Shown here in pieces: positions 1-11,096 of a stretch of DNA of 64,000 nucleotides. Within the stretch, counting starts at the first letter, position 1, and every line of letters begins with the position of its first letter. Below the pieces are notes generated by a model, which was given only the letters and a program-made list of their open reading frames with translations, did not search any database and had not been told where the DNA came from. Source of the DNA: an uncultured virus (IMG/VR IMGVR_UViG_3300025030_000083) (taxonomy: Duplodnaviria > Heunggongvirae > Uroviricota > Caudoviricetes); IMG/VR virus record IMGVR_UViG_3300025030_000083, positions 1-64,000 of that record; one strand, 5' to 3'. Position numbers and translations under genes: made by a program.

Positions 1-508
1 ACTACCCGATAATTAAGGGCTATTCGGTCCGTCCTATATATTCGTTTCCGTTTATCTATACCCTATAACTACCCGATATATAAGGGATATTTTATCTAAC
101 CTATATTCTTATTCGCTTATATACTTTTAAATAAAACCAATCAGAAATAAAATAAAAAAATTTTTGGTTCATTTCTATTCCTCGGCCAAACCAAACTACC
201 CCGCTAAACAAAATCATTCCATCGCAGAATAGATTCAAAACCAAACGAGTGGGTAAGGGGGCCATTTCTTCCTAATCGTCGATCCTAGCCAAATCATTTC
301 AGTTAGGCACTATTCCAAATACGCTATTTCCCGACGATTCTCAAAAACTATCGAATAAGTAGGAATATGGCCGAAATTTCCCCTTATATTTCGAGTACTT
401 ATAACGATAAAGCCCGCGACGAAAAACCTTTTATATTCGATAGGTTATAAAGTAGCCCTTAGTCTATCGGATAGATAGGATAGAAAAATCCCTTATTTAT
501 TAGATACT
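1..508. repeat. Cluster of degenerate ~19-bp repeats (consensus CCCTTATATWTCGRGTAST) in both orientations in a non-coding region
   Basis: ACTACCCGATAATTAAGGG (1-19) and ACTACCCGATATATAAGGG (68-86). Inverted, degenerate copies at 381-399 (CCCTTATATTTCGAGTACT), 427-445, 456-474 and 490-508. Confidence 0.6.
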
Positions 509-1229
509 TATAAAGTACATATACCACGTTTCGATTTTAGGGTATACTATCCCCGATATATCCGCCCGGACGGGATCGGACGATCAAATTTCCCCGGAAG
601 GGAATTAAAATCAAATTCCGGGGGGAAAGGAGAAGAAAATGGAAACCGCGAAAGAGATAGGAACGATGGTTTTAATCGCCGGGACTTTTTGGTTGATCGT
701 AATTTTAATCTTCGTCCTTTAGGACGGAGGCGAACGGTTCTAAGGGAGAGAAAGAAATGATTTCCTCCGTAAAAAAGAATATTTTTGATTTCTTCGGGGG
801 AGGAAGGTTTCTGCGGTGAATGATTTCCGGGAGGAAAAGAAAATGATTCAAACGAGAAGTAAAACGCTCCAAAACGAAATCGAAGAATTAGAAATGAAAA
901 TCCGCGAGTTAGAGGAGAAATTGGAATCCGGGGGGGATTCCCGAGAGATTGGAGAGGTAGACGAGTCGTATACTTTTTGCCCCAAATGTAAAAGGAAGGC
1001 CGAATTGGACGTGAACGGAATTTGCTATCAATGCTAACTTGAAAGGAGAAAGGAAATGAAAGTAACCGTAGATTATTCTGGAGGAAAAGTAGAAATGGAC
1101 GCCGTAGAACTTATCAAAAGTAGACGAACGAACCGGGAAGTGGAAGTGAAAATTTATAACGGCGAAATGACGAAACTCCGTCGATCTTGAAACCGGAGAC
1201 GTTTTTCCGGAATTCTGAAAGGAAGGAAA

Positions 1230-1952
1230 ATGGAAATATTAATTAAGAGAAGTAAATTGGAGGAACTTCGTCCTTACCATCGGGACGGAGAGGGGACCGA
1301 GGTAATGTTAATTTCTAGCCCCGGACTTATGAACTCGCCGGTGGTCGTATTAAAATGTTGCAAAACGTTTGATGAATTAGAAGATTTACTTTTGGGACTC
1401 AAAAGCGTTTTTTTCGCTTTGAACGTAGAACTTTATAGAGATAAATTTTATCAAGGGGAAGACGTTCGTCTACCTACTGTTTTCCTTTATTCCCCCGGCT
1501 CCTCTGGGGAGAATTCGGAAAAAGATGGGAAATCCGTATATAACCTTTTTGATTTAAGGACGGGAGAGGTTAGATTTTCCAATGTTGTAGACGTAGATTA
1601 TGAACAAATAATAATTCTACGCGCCGATGAATACTGTGATGATACCAACGGTCTTACCGCTCCTTCTGTTTTCTTCGAAAGATTAAACGATATTTATATG
1701 AACGAAATATATTTTCCCAAAATTGGAGGAGAGACGATAATGGTCCCTTTTCCTAACGCAGTAGAATTAGTCGATTTCTCCGAATCACCCGAAGATGGTT
1801 TTATCTCCTACCGAATCAATTTGGAAGGAAAGAGCAATGAATACCGGGTGGATGGCTATAACCTTCCGAAAGCGTTGATGGAAGCCGCCGATAAGTTGGG
1901 ACTCAATTCTGCTTTGGAGGATGACGAAATTTATTTTTCGCCCAAAATCTGA
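1230..1952 (+). CDS. Hypothetical acidic early protein
   Basis: 240-aa ORF with an AAGGAAGG RBS. No family recognised. Confidence 0.6.
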   Translation: MEILIKRSKLEELRPYHRDGEGTEVMLISSPGLMNSPVVVLKCCKTFDELEDLLLGLKSVFFALNVELYRDKFYQGEDVRLPTVFLYSPGSSGENSEKDGKSVYNLFDLRTGEVRFSNVVDVDYEQIIILRADEYCDDTNGLTAPSVFFERLNDIYMNEIYFPKIGGETIMVPFPNAVELVDFSESPEDGFISYRINLEGKSNEYRVDGYNLPKALMEAADKLGLNSALEDDEIYFSPKI

Positions 1953-3399
1953 AAGGAGAAAGGGAGTTGGTCGAAGACGAATAGAAAAAATAGGGATCAT
2001 ATTAGAAGGAGAAAAGGAAAGTTATGAACCAAGATATGAAAAGAAAGGGGAATGAATGGAAAATAAAAAGTTAAGAAATCATCTTTGCGACGGAGGATTC
2101 TTTTGGGAGCCTCTACCGGAACGATGGTTGTAGGTAGGAGGTAGGTAAATTGGAAACAACGATCAAAATGAAAACGCTAAAAGGGTGGGAGGAAACCACC
2201 ATCCCAATATCTTTGGAAACTCTTCTCAAGTATCGGGCAATTTGTCTCAAGGAGTTCAAAATATATTTGGAAAGGGAGAAGGATAGTTTTGATCAAGGTT
2301 TCTTAGGGTTTGTTCCTCTTACCTTTACGGGGTTTTGGCTGGAAAAGAATAAGGTAGAACTCCCTCAAGGATTAAATTTGATGGAATTATTGTACGCTTC
2401 CTACCAAAAAATTTACGTTATGGATTATACCGGAATATGGAAACAACTTCCTATGTTGTACAAATTCCCGAAGGAAAGGGGGTGAAATCAGATGAAGACC
2501 AAAAAGAAAGTGGTAGAAGAGCCGACCAGAGCCGATCTTGAAAAGGAAGCGAAGTCCCTTGGCATCCAATTTGACCCCCCCGTTTCAGACGGAGGGCTGA
2601 TGCTTCGGATCGCTCAATGGTACGCCATCAAGAGTTTTGAGAAGGGGAGGACAAAATGAAACTGACGATCATTTCCAAGTATTGGTCGAGAGTTTACGGA
2701 ATGTGGTACGCCATCGTTTGGGATGGGGAAATGTATCGAACGATTCCCTACAATCTGGCCTCATAAAGGCCCAAGAGAAAGAAAGGAGAAGGGGATGGGC
2801 TACAAGAAGATTTCTCACAAGAGCAAGGAAGAAGGGAAGATCAAACGATGCTCGGAATGCCGGAAGTGTTACATCGCAGAGTTAGGGGATGAAACAAACA
2901 CTTGTCCCTCCTGTATCGAACATCTGCTCCAGCCGTGCCCTCCATTGAAGGAGGTGGGATGATGACTGCTTATATTTTCGTAAAGTGCATGGATTGCGGA
3001 TGGGAATGGGGGGAAACTGAGGATAGGATGAATATCGTCGTTACCCATCCCCTATGTTGTTCCAAATGTGGGTGCGTTGAGGTAGAAGAGGTGGGGGAAA
3101 TCTGATGATAGCAATTAGGTATGAAGGCTCCCGTGTCCACAAACCCTGGGTGGTGGCAGAGGGGGAAATGAGACAGATTTGGCCAAATGATAAACCAACG
3201 TGGGAAACTGACCGGATTCTTGGAACTTATAATCTTCAAAAGGAAGCCGCTGAGGCTCTACTTTTCTATCATATTTATGGGAAGATGCCTGAGGAAAGAA
3301 AGGAGATAAGGGCATGAAGGATAAGATGATTTACGATATTCCAGAATGGGTGGGGAAGAGAATTCATCGTGAAGTAATTTTGGAAGGGAGGAAAAGGGG

Positions 3400-3783
3400 G
3401 TGATCAAGATAGAAGAGAGATCATACAGACCATCGAGGTACGTTCATTGGACGGAACAGGCCCCAGAGGTCTATTCCTTCCTTGAGACCAACTTCGGGAG
3501 TCCACCTGTTTTAAACGAGGAAGGGGCTGATCTTGTTCTACCGAACGGGACCAGGGTAGAGGTCAAAGCGGCAAAGGAATGGTGCGCTACGACACATTCA
3601 GGTGGCACCAGACGTAGGGGAAGATTTCAATTTCACGGGTACGAGGAATGTGATTACTTCCTGTTCGTTTTGGTCAGGGAGAACGGTCAGTTGAATATAC
3701 ATCTTGAAGAGTATATGACGGCTATTCAGAGATTTGGGATTAAGGGGAGTATCAACTGGAAAATGATTGCCCAATTTAACTAA
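3400..3783 (+). CDS. Small PD-(D/E)XK-type nuclease-like protein (paralogue of 56349..56732)
   Basis: GADLVLPNGTRVEVKAAKEW fits D-x(n)-ExK. Shares RRRGRF.F and D..LFVLV.E.G with 56349..56732. Confidence 0.55.
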   Translation: MIKIEERSYRPSRYVHWTEQAPEVYSFLETNFGSPPVLNEEGADLVLPNGTRVEVKAAKEWCATTHSGGTRRRGRFQFHGYEECDYFLFVLVRENGQLNIHLEEYMTAIQRFGIKGSINWKMIAQFN

Positions 3784-4236
3784 GGAGGGGAAATTGAACG
3801 AAAGTCAAAAACAGGAGATAAAAGAAAAGATTCAAGAGGCCATACAAAATTTAAAAGAGGATTCAGACGCTTGGGATATTTTGAGTTATGTATACAGGGA
3901 ATTATCTTTTGCAATGAATGATGAATGGAAGAGATTGTGCTTAAATGAAATAAAAATTGTAACTGGAAAGGGGATAAGAGGATGACCTATTCAAAAGAAA
4001 TATCAGCTGAGTTAGTCGGTCAAGATGTAGCAGATGTTTCGGTGAAGATCAGATTTAAGGAGGAAAATGGTTCTCAAGAGCATGAGGTAGTGATCCTTCT
4101 CCCCAAGCCGAGGACTTCTCATCGAACCCGGCACCTTTGGTTCGAGCAGCCCTTGGGAGTACCGTTAAGTTGAGAAGGGGAAAAGGATTTCAACGTCGAT
4201 CCACGATTGGGGAAGGGAGGTGAGAAAGTTAAAGAA

Positions 4237-4262
4237 GTGAAAGTGATAGAAATCCTGTAGTA
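4237..4262 (+). promoter_or_regulatory. Phage promoter-like motif GTGAAA-N5-AGAAATCCTGTAGTA, copy 1
   Basis: Intergenic. The same motif with the same spacing occurs at 21970 and 51554. Confidence 0.7.
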
Positions 4263-4385
4263 GTAAGTAAGAGGCGGGCATTAAAAACGGAGGTGGTAAG
4301 AATGGGAAAAGCGGAGCGTTTAACGAAGTCCAACCTGACCTTGGTTCAAGGGACCAAGGAACTCACCCCGAAGGAGGGCGAAATC

Positions 4386-4745
4386 ATGACGAAGGAAGAT
4401 CTGAAGGCGGCAGTTGCGAAGTTGAAGGCAGATCAGAAGGCACTGAAGGATCGGATCAAGGCGGCTCGTGAGCAGGAGAAGGCGGCCAAGGCTGCGGCCA
4501 AGGCTGCAGGCCTGACCCCCGGTTACAGCCGGTCGGACGCCACCGCTGATTTCATCAAGGGGATGACCACCCCCTTGACGATGACGGAGATCGTGGACGG
4601 TTCCAATACCCTGTACGCCACGAAGAAGGCCAGCGAGAAGGCCAACAACCCAAAGGAAGCCAAGTCGGTGGCGGCTTCGGCGGTCCAGTTCCTGGTGGCG
4701 ATGGGTTACATGACCAAGAACGGGGACAAGTTCAGCAAGGTGTAA
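4386..4745 (+). CDS. Lys/Ala-rich putative DNA-binding protein with a winged-helix-like C-terminal domain (paralogue of 44103..44831)
   Basis: AAGGAGGG RBS before ATG 4386. KAAKAAAKAAG tract, GC-rich codon usage, and a C-terminus that aligns with the 44103 product. Confidence 0.6.
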   Translation: MTKEDLKAAVAKLKADQKALKDRIKAAREQEKAAKAAAKAAGLTPGYSRSDATADFIKGMTTPLTMTEIVDGSNTLYATKKASEKANNPKEAKSVAASAVQFLVAMGYMTKNGDKFSKV

Positions 4746-5712
4746 CCTGAATTGAACGGTGGGGCGTTGAAGGGTAGATATGTACCTCAGCTACCACAAA
4801 ACCGGGATAAGGTGAGAGGTAAAATAACAAACCCCCGGACCCACCCTCTTATTGAAGAAAGGAGAGGACAATCAAAATTGATAGGTAGATAAGCAGTACG
4901 CCTTAAACATCAAGGAGGGCGCAATGACCGAGAGCAAGACTGCGACGAGAGAAAACTTTGCTGCACGTCCGTTCGTTTTACATTCCCTTGAAACTATCTA
5001 CGCACCAAAGTTAAAAATGGTTCTTGTACCCATCGTTCGATTCCTCATCAAAAAATTCGATCTTCCCTTCTATCATCCTGATGAACTCCAAGCATGGGGA
5101 CACTGCGGATGTTGCGGGAAATCCATATTCAATGAGGTATTCCCCAAATATTGGTCTTGGGGATTATGCGAAGAATGCCAAAAGGAGGATAAGATATGAA
5201 AAAAGGAAAATTTATCATTCTTAATTGGTGGGAAAAAGATGGGACAGATGCTATTCTGATAATTGTACCTACTATAGGAATTAACAAAATCTTTTCTACC
5301 AGAGAAGAAGCCGAAGAATATTGCAATACGGAACTTGATGGATTTTACAAAGTAATAGATTTGGAGGAGTGAATGAAAAGAAAAAGGAAACCAGAAGCAA
5401 TAGTAACTGCAAGCATAAAAGGATCAAGCAAAAAAGTAACAATTGCTTGGTTCCCGTGGAAACATAAAGAAGGAGATGTTTGGTGGATACAGACTACTAG
5501 AATTGTTAAAAGAAAAAGGATAGCGGCACCCCTCATCCGTATAACTGACCAAACAATAGATGTATTATTGGAAACAATTCATAGAATGCGAACTCTTGGG
5601 GAATTCAAAGTAAAGAAGGAGAAAAATAAATGAAAGGCGAACTTCATGGTAGGGCTAAAGTAACAAGAAAACAAGTGAATTGGATAAGACGTACTTATCA
5701 ACCCAATGTGAA

Positions 5713-6927
5713 CTATCCAATATGAAGCAACTTTCGTCGCTTCAACATAGGATTTCCGGTTTCACAAGCACTAGCAAGGACAGAGGACTTGCGTCCTCTG
5801 CCTTGGCTAACGGTGCCTCCACCGGCAGTCACGGCGATCCCCGCCGCGATGAAACGTTGTGCCTCGTTTCTAATGTTCTTAGCGGCATTGATATCGCGGT
5901 CGTGAAGGGTTCCGCATTTGTCACATCGCCAAGAACGAATATTAAGAGGCATAGATCCTTGAACATGAAGACAAATAGAACATGCTTTGCTAGAAGGAAA
6001 GAAACGATTTACTTTAATGAAACCTTTCCCTTCCCTTTCAGTTTTGTATCTAAGAAACTCCACCAAAGTTCCCCATCCTACGTCACTGATAGCCTTAGCA
6101 AGTTTATGATTCTTCATCATACCTTTAACATGCAAATCCTCGACGGCGATGACTTGGTTTTCGTCAACAAGCCGACGAGAAATCTTGTGCAAATAGTCTT
6201 TCCTACAATTAGCAACTTTTTCATGGGCCTTCGCTACAATGATTCTGGCTTTGTTTCTAGATTTACTTCCTTTCATTTTACGAGAGAGTTTTTGTTGCTT
6301 CCTTTTCAAATTCTTTTCGGCCCTGATAAGAAATTTAGGATTATCAAATTTAGATCTGTCACTAGTGATAACAATATGAGTCAAACCCACATCAATTCCA
6401 ATAACTTTTCCTTCAAAAGAAACCGAAGGAATTGGAATCCCGTTATCAGTCAATATCGAAGCAAAATATTTACCAGAAGGAACACGACTAACCGTAACTG
6501 TTTTAATTTTACCGACGATTTCTCTATGGATTACGGCTTTTACCAAACCTATTTTAGGGAGATACATTCTATCTTTAATAATTTTTACCCCTTGGGGATA
6601 TTGGATAGATTGCTTACTTTTCTTCGATTTAAATTTGGGGTATTTTGCCCTACGTTCAAAGAAATTTATGAAAGCCCGAGACGTATTCAAACTTACATAT
6701 TGCAATACTTGACTATGTGTTTCAGCAAGCCAAGGAAACTTTTCCTTGAGTTTAGGCAATCTAGCATTCAATTCATATTGCCCAAGACCTTTCCCCGTTT
6801 CTTGGTAAACTTTTTGGGTTTCTGCGAGGCTGTTGTTCCAAAGCCATCTAGCACACCCGAATGCTTTTGTAAGGGATTCTTCTTGCAAGGAATTTGGATA
6901 GATACGAATCTTGGTGGCGGTTAGCAT
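5713..6927 (-). CDS. tnpB: RNA-guided endonuclease TnpB
   Basis: N-terminal KIRIYPN HTH, RuvC-I IGIDVG, RuvC-II AVEDL, Zn finger CSIC/CDKC, RuvC-III DRDINAA. All three catalytic residues present. Confidence 0.95.
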   Translation of the reverse strand: MLTATKIRIYPNSLQEESLTKAFGCARWLWNNSLAETQKVYQETGKGLGQYELNARLPKLKEKFPWLAETHSQVLQYVSLNTSRAFINFFERRAKYPKFKSKKSKQSIQYPQGVKIIKDRMYLPKIGLVKAVIHREIVGKIKTVTVSRVPSGKYFASILTDNGIPIPSVSFEGKVIGIDVGLTHIVITSDRSKFDNPKFLIRAEKNLKRKQQKLSRKMKGSKSRNKARIIVAKAHEKVANCRKDYLHKISRRLVDENQVIAVEDLHVKGMMKNHKLAKAISDVGWGTLVEFLRYKTEREGKGFIKVNRFFPSSKACSICLHVQGSMPLNIRSWRCDKCGTLHDRDINAAKNIRNEAQRFIAAGIAVTAGGGTVSQGRGRKSSVLASACETGNPMLKRRKLLHIG

Positions 6928-6933
6928 GTATTT

Positions 6934-6961
6934 AGTATATATTAAATTTGTAAGAAGTAAA
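6934..6961 (-). promoter_or_regulatory. Sigma70-like promoter of tnpB, probably giving a leaderless mRNA
   Basis: TTTACT-16 nt-TATACT on the minus strand, ending 6 nt before the ATG. No SD sequence. Confidence 0.5.
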
Positions 6962-9239
6962 GAAATTTATTAATTAAATGGAAAGAAAGGAGGAATAATG
7001 GAAAAATATACAGTTGATCGAGTAATAGGCACCAAGTACTGTCTTGGTTGTGGGGGACTTATATCCCTGGAAGGATACACTATTCCAGAAGTAGCGAGCA
7101 GACTAACCAATGAAAAAGTATGCCAAAAAATGATTGCTATTCTAGAATTATCTGATAAGAAATGTGGTCATAATCTATTTTCCGAACCCAAATTTGAAGT
7201 TAAGATGAAGCAATACAAAAATTGGATAAACCCTCTTATGAAGAGGATGAGTAAATGAAAATTATTTTAACCAAATTTGAAGTAGTAGATGGAAACGTTC
7301 GATGGACTTGTCAACAGGAAAATTGTAGTCATTCCTCAGAATTCATGACGGTGGCTATTTTTCATCAACACGATACTCATAATTTTCCAATGGAAAATGT
7401 AAAATTGAGTGAAAATAATACTCAATTGATTATGTTCAAGAGAAATTGAAGGAGATGATGAAATGAAAAAAAGAGAGGTACCATCCGAGCATTTTTGTCG
7501 TATTTTAAACGTAAACGTGGATAATAAAAAGCTAACAGATGCAGAATTTAGACAAATGGTAAGAAACACCCTTCCAATAGTAATATTTGAAAGGCCAGAG
7601 GACGAGAAAAAATGATGGGGTTATTCGATACAGAACCGGAGGAGAAGAAACCTGAATCTTCCCCAGTTCTAGAATATCTGGAAAAATTTTTCAGATTGAA
7701 TAATCTTAGGTATGACCAACTCATTGTACATGCTGTCGGAGATGAAAAGATAATAGGGATCATAGAAGTAACGGGATTGTCCAAGGCTATGAGTGGAATA
7801 GTATCCGCCACCATGTATTCCGATTTGGGATATGATAATTGGTACGAATTAGTAGATTATTTTTTGGAAAAGAAAGTGTGTGTAATAAATAGGAGCAGCA
7901 TTATAACAAATTTACCTGAGGTATGTTTTGATCCCCCAAAAGCACCAACTATGTTAATGAGAAGGAGGTAATAATGGGATGGATAGGAAGTAAAGAAGAA
8001 TTGATGAACGTATTAGCAGTTCACGGAGCCGATAAAGATGATGAAGGAAACTATTTGGTTTATGTAGATCCCCCTGTTTCCTTTTTGGGAATGGGGGAAG
8101 AGTGGGTAGTGAGTAATAAAACTGAAATTTCTTATAAGGGAAAGAGAATCAATTTGGCTTGGTTGTTGGGGCAAACCTCGTATGGATCTAAAGTCCAAGT
8201 AATTTGAAAGGGGGAAATATGAATTGTCAATGTTGTAAAGGAGATAAAGCTGAAATAATCCGTAAGAAATGTGGATGTTGGATATTTCATTTTTCTATCC
8301 GACCTTGGTAGGGAGGAAATAGTGAAAAATAAAATGGAATATTATGGAATAACTCATGGAAAGACAACTGATGGAGAAGTGAATCGCCATAAAGGATGTA
8401 AGGAGGGGATTCACTTGTTTGATGAGGTATCTTCAAGTTGGAACCACTATCTGATCTGTGACAAATGCGGAATGGTTATAACTCTTACCAGTGTTATGAA
8501 GGGAGTCATACAATTACATACCAAGGTTCTCTTACGCTACCTTGATAAGGCGAGAAAATGCGGGGGATTCTACAGCCCTGGCTACAAGGGAGGACATGGG
8601 TATTCGATGGAAATGTTAAAGGCTGAACTTGCAACCAGGGAGCACGTTCCCAACAAAGTTGAAGCGAAGAAAATTCGCCAAGAGAAAGCCAAAGGAAGGA
8701 AATAATGGAAAAATTAAAAGCACGACAAATAGAAAAAAGCACCATTGATGAAGATTACTACCAACTTCAGTGGCGCGTCCTAGATCCCACGAGCCATTAC
8801 TCAAAGAAATGGACATCCCTCAACTATGACAACCAACCAAAGGAAGTGTACGAAGCAGGTTGTAGAGGATGGGATAAGTATGGATTCCCCAGTTTCTTAG
8901 ATGAAGATATAGGTATGAGGTGCTTCCGTATCGTACAAAAGAGATGGAGAGGAGATCCGGAGTGCGAAGGCACGTTACTTAGATTGGTACATATAGTAAA
9001 ACACATTCATGTTGAGGTTGAGCAAATAGTCCAAAATTGAAAGGAGGATACATGGAACCCTTCTGGAACATATTAAACAGATTAATGGATTATATAGGAA
9101 CATTGGCAGTGGCCATATTATTTGCTATGTTGGCGTTTTCTGTAGGATACCATATTGGATTCTCATCGGGGCTAGACACCAAAGTTACTTGGGTGGGGGA
9201 GAAATACACCATGAAGGTAACTGGAAAGGCTACAAAAAG

Positions 9240-9821
9240 ATGAAAGAAAACCTTATCCATCAAGAGAAATACAAAGACTTTGAAATTGAAATCTATCAAG
9301 ACTTTGACCCAAGGGATCCAAGAGATGACGACAATTTAGGAACTATGGCTTGTTTTCACGGTAGATATAAGTTGGGAGATTATCGTAATAACAGTATGTG
9401 TATTCAAGAACTCAACGATTATATCAAAAGAAAGGACATAATCTCACTCCCCCTCTACCTATACGATCATTCCGGAATAACTATGAAAACAACTCCGTTT
9501 TCATGCCCATGGGATTCCGGACAAGTTGGTTTTATCTATGTCACTTATGAAAATATTCGAAAGAATTTTCTAAGAAAGCATATCACCAAAGTTTTAATTG
9601 AAAAAGTTTATAAACAACTAGAAGCAGAAGTAAAGGAATACAACGATTACATAATGGGAAACGTTTATGGCTACATTATGAAAAGGGATAGGGTAGAGAT
9701 TGATTCTTGTTGGGGATTCATTGGGGATTGGGATGGAAAAGAATGGGGGGCGTTGGCAGCTGCCAAGGAATTCGTTGATGGATATAAATCTTCAAAATGT
9801 TTCATAAAGGAGGGAATATGA
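9240..9821 (+). CDS. Conserved phage/plasmid hypothetical protein
   Basis: Motifs LPLYLYDHSGITM, WDSGQVGFIY and DSCWGF, typical of a family found in mobile-element leading regions. Confidence 0.6.
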   Translation: MKENLIHQEKYKDFEIEIYQDFDPRDPRDDDNLGTMACFHGRYKLGDYRNNSMCIQELNDYIKRKDIISLPLYLYDHSGITMKTTPFSCPWDSGQVGFIYVTYENIRKNFLRKHITKVLIEKVYKQLEAEVKEYNDYIMGNVYGYIMKRDRVEIDSCWGFIGDWDGKEWGALAAAKEFVDGYKSSKCFIKEGI

Positions 9822-11096
9822 AAATCAAAACACTTATGAGATATGCAAGAGCATCTGCGAGATATAAGGGCCACGATATGAAAAAGTTTGTATGGCGAAG
9901 TTCTACTCGGTGCTTTTCAAAATGTAAAGTTTGTGGGGCATCTATGGAAGTAAATAGTAATACTGCCCCCAATGAAATTGATATTGGGGGGAAAGCAGTA
10001 GCAATAAATTGTGTGGGGAAGAAGAAATGAAATCATATGACTACTACGCCGTTATTTATGAAGGGGAAGTATATTGTACCCATTGTCTTCCTTTCAACGT
10101 AAGCATAAACGACGATGGTGTATCTCCAATATTTGCAGATTCGGAGTGGGGTTATATTCCAACTTGTGATGTAGAGGATAAATCATGACAATTCTATACA
10201 AAAAAATAGAATGCCCCTATTGTGGGGTAGAACAAAGAGTTGGAGGAGACCACGGAGAAACAAAAATAGTTCGTTGTGATAATGAAATAGAAGGATGCGA
10301 TGAAGCATTCTCTATATTTATTTGGTATAAAGTTGAAATAACTACGTTCAAGATGAGTCAATTCAGAAAGTATACTGCCGATGAGGAATAGGCCAAGGGG
10401 TGCGAGGCCCCTCAAGAAGGAGAAAAATAATGAAATTTACCATCGTTTGGGATGAAAGGAAAAGCATTGAGGTGAAAGCAAATTCTGAAATAGAAGCGAG
10501 AGAAAAATTTGAAAACAATGGTTTTCCTTTTAGTGAAGTGGAATGCAATAGTTCTGAAATTGTAGAAGTATACAAATTCAAAATTTAATAAGGGGGGCCT
10601 TCATGCCAGAAATCGCTGTTCCTAAGATTTACGGCCAACCGGAAAAGAAATTCAAGGTATCCGTTCCCAAATCCAGATTGGTGACGATGGGGGAATGGAA
10701 TGAACCAAGAAGGTTAGAAAACATGCCCATTGCCATTTACAGTGAGAATGGGGAATTGAAGGAGGTTGTCACTCGTACAGGTAGGCCCGTGTCTCCGGGG
10801 GCTGATCAATGGGCTTTCAAGTACCGAGGGGAATGGTATACCACTGTCTTGGACCCCGTATTCAGATGTGGGTTACATAAGATTGGAAATCAGAAGCCGA
10901 TGAAAAGGGGAGGGAGCCATGCCTGAACATCCTACGAATGTTTGTAAAGGTTGTGGCTTTCAATACAACTTTCGAGATTCCAGTATGGAAATTGCTGGAT
11001 ACTGTACTCAGGGGTGCGTAAGATCCCAAGCCAGACGATTGGGGTGGAAAGAAAAAAGTGGAATAACTATTTATCAATTTATGAAGGAGAAAAATA

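Larger units (their letters stand above)
5708..6961 (-). mobile_element. IS200/IS605-family (IS1341-like) TnpB-only element
   Basis: tnpB ORF followed by right-end TTCAC (5712-5708). No tnpA nearby; left end not resolved. Confidence 0.75.

Noticed and set aside
1..508. CRISPR array
   Set aside because: Repeats are short, degenerate, irregularly spaced and in both orientations. No cas genes.
5680..6924. 414-aa + strand ORF
   Set aside because: Antisense shadow of tnpB, with no recognisable motifs.
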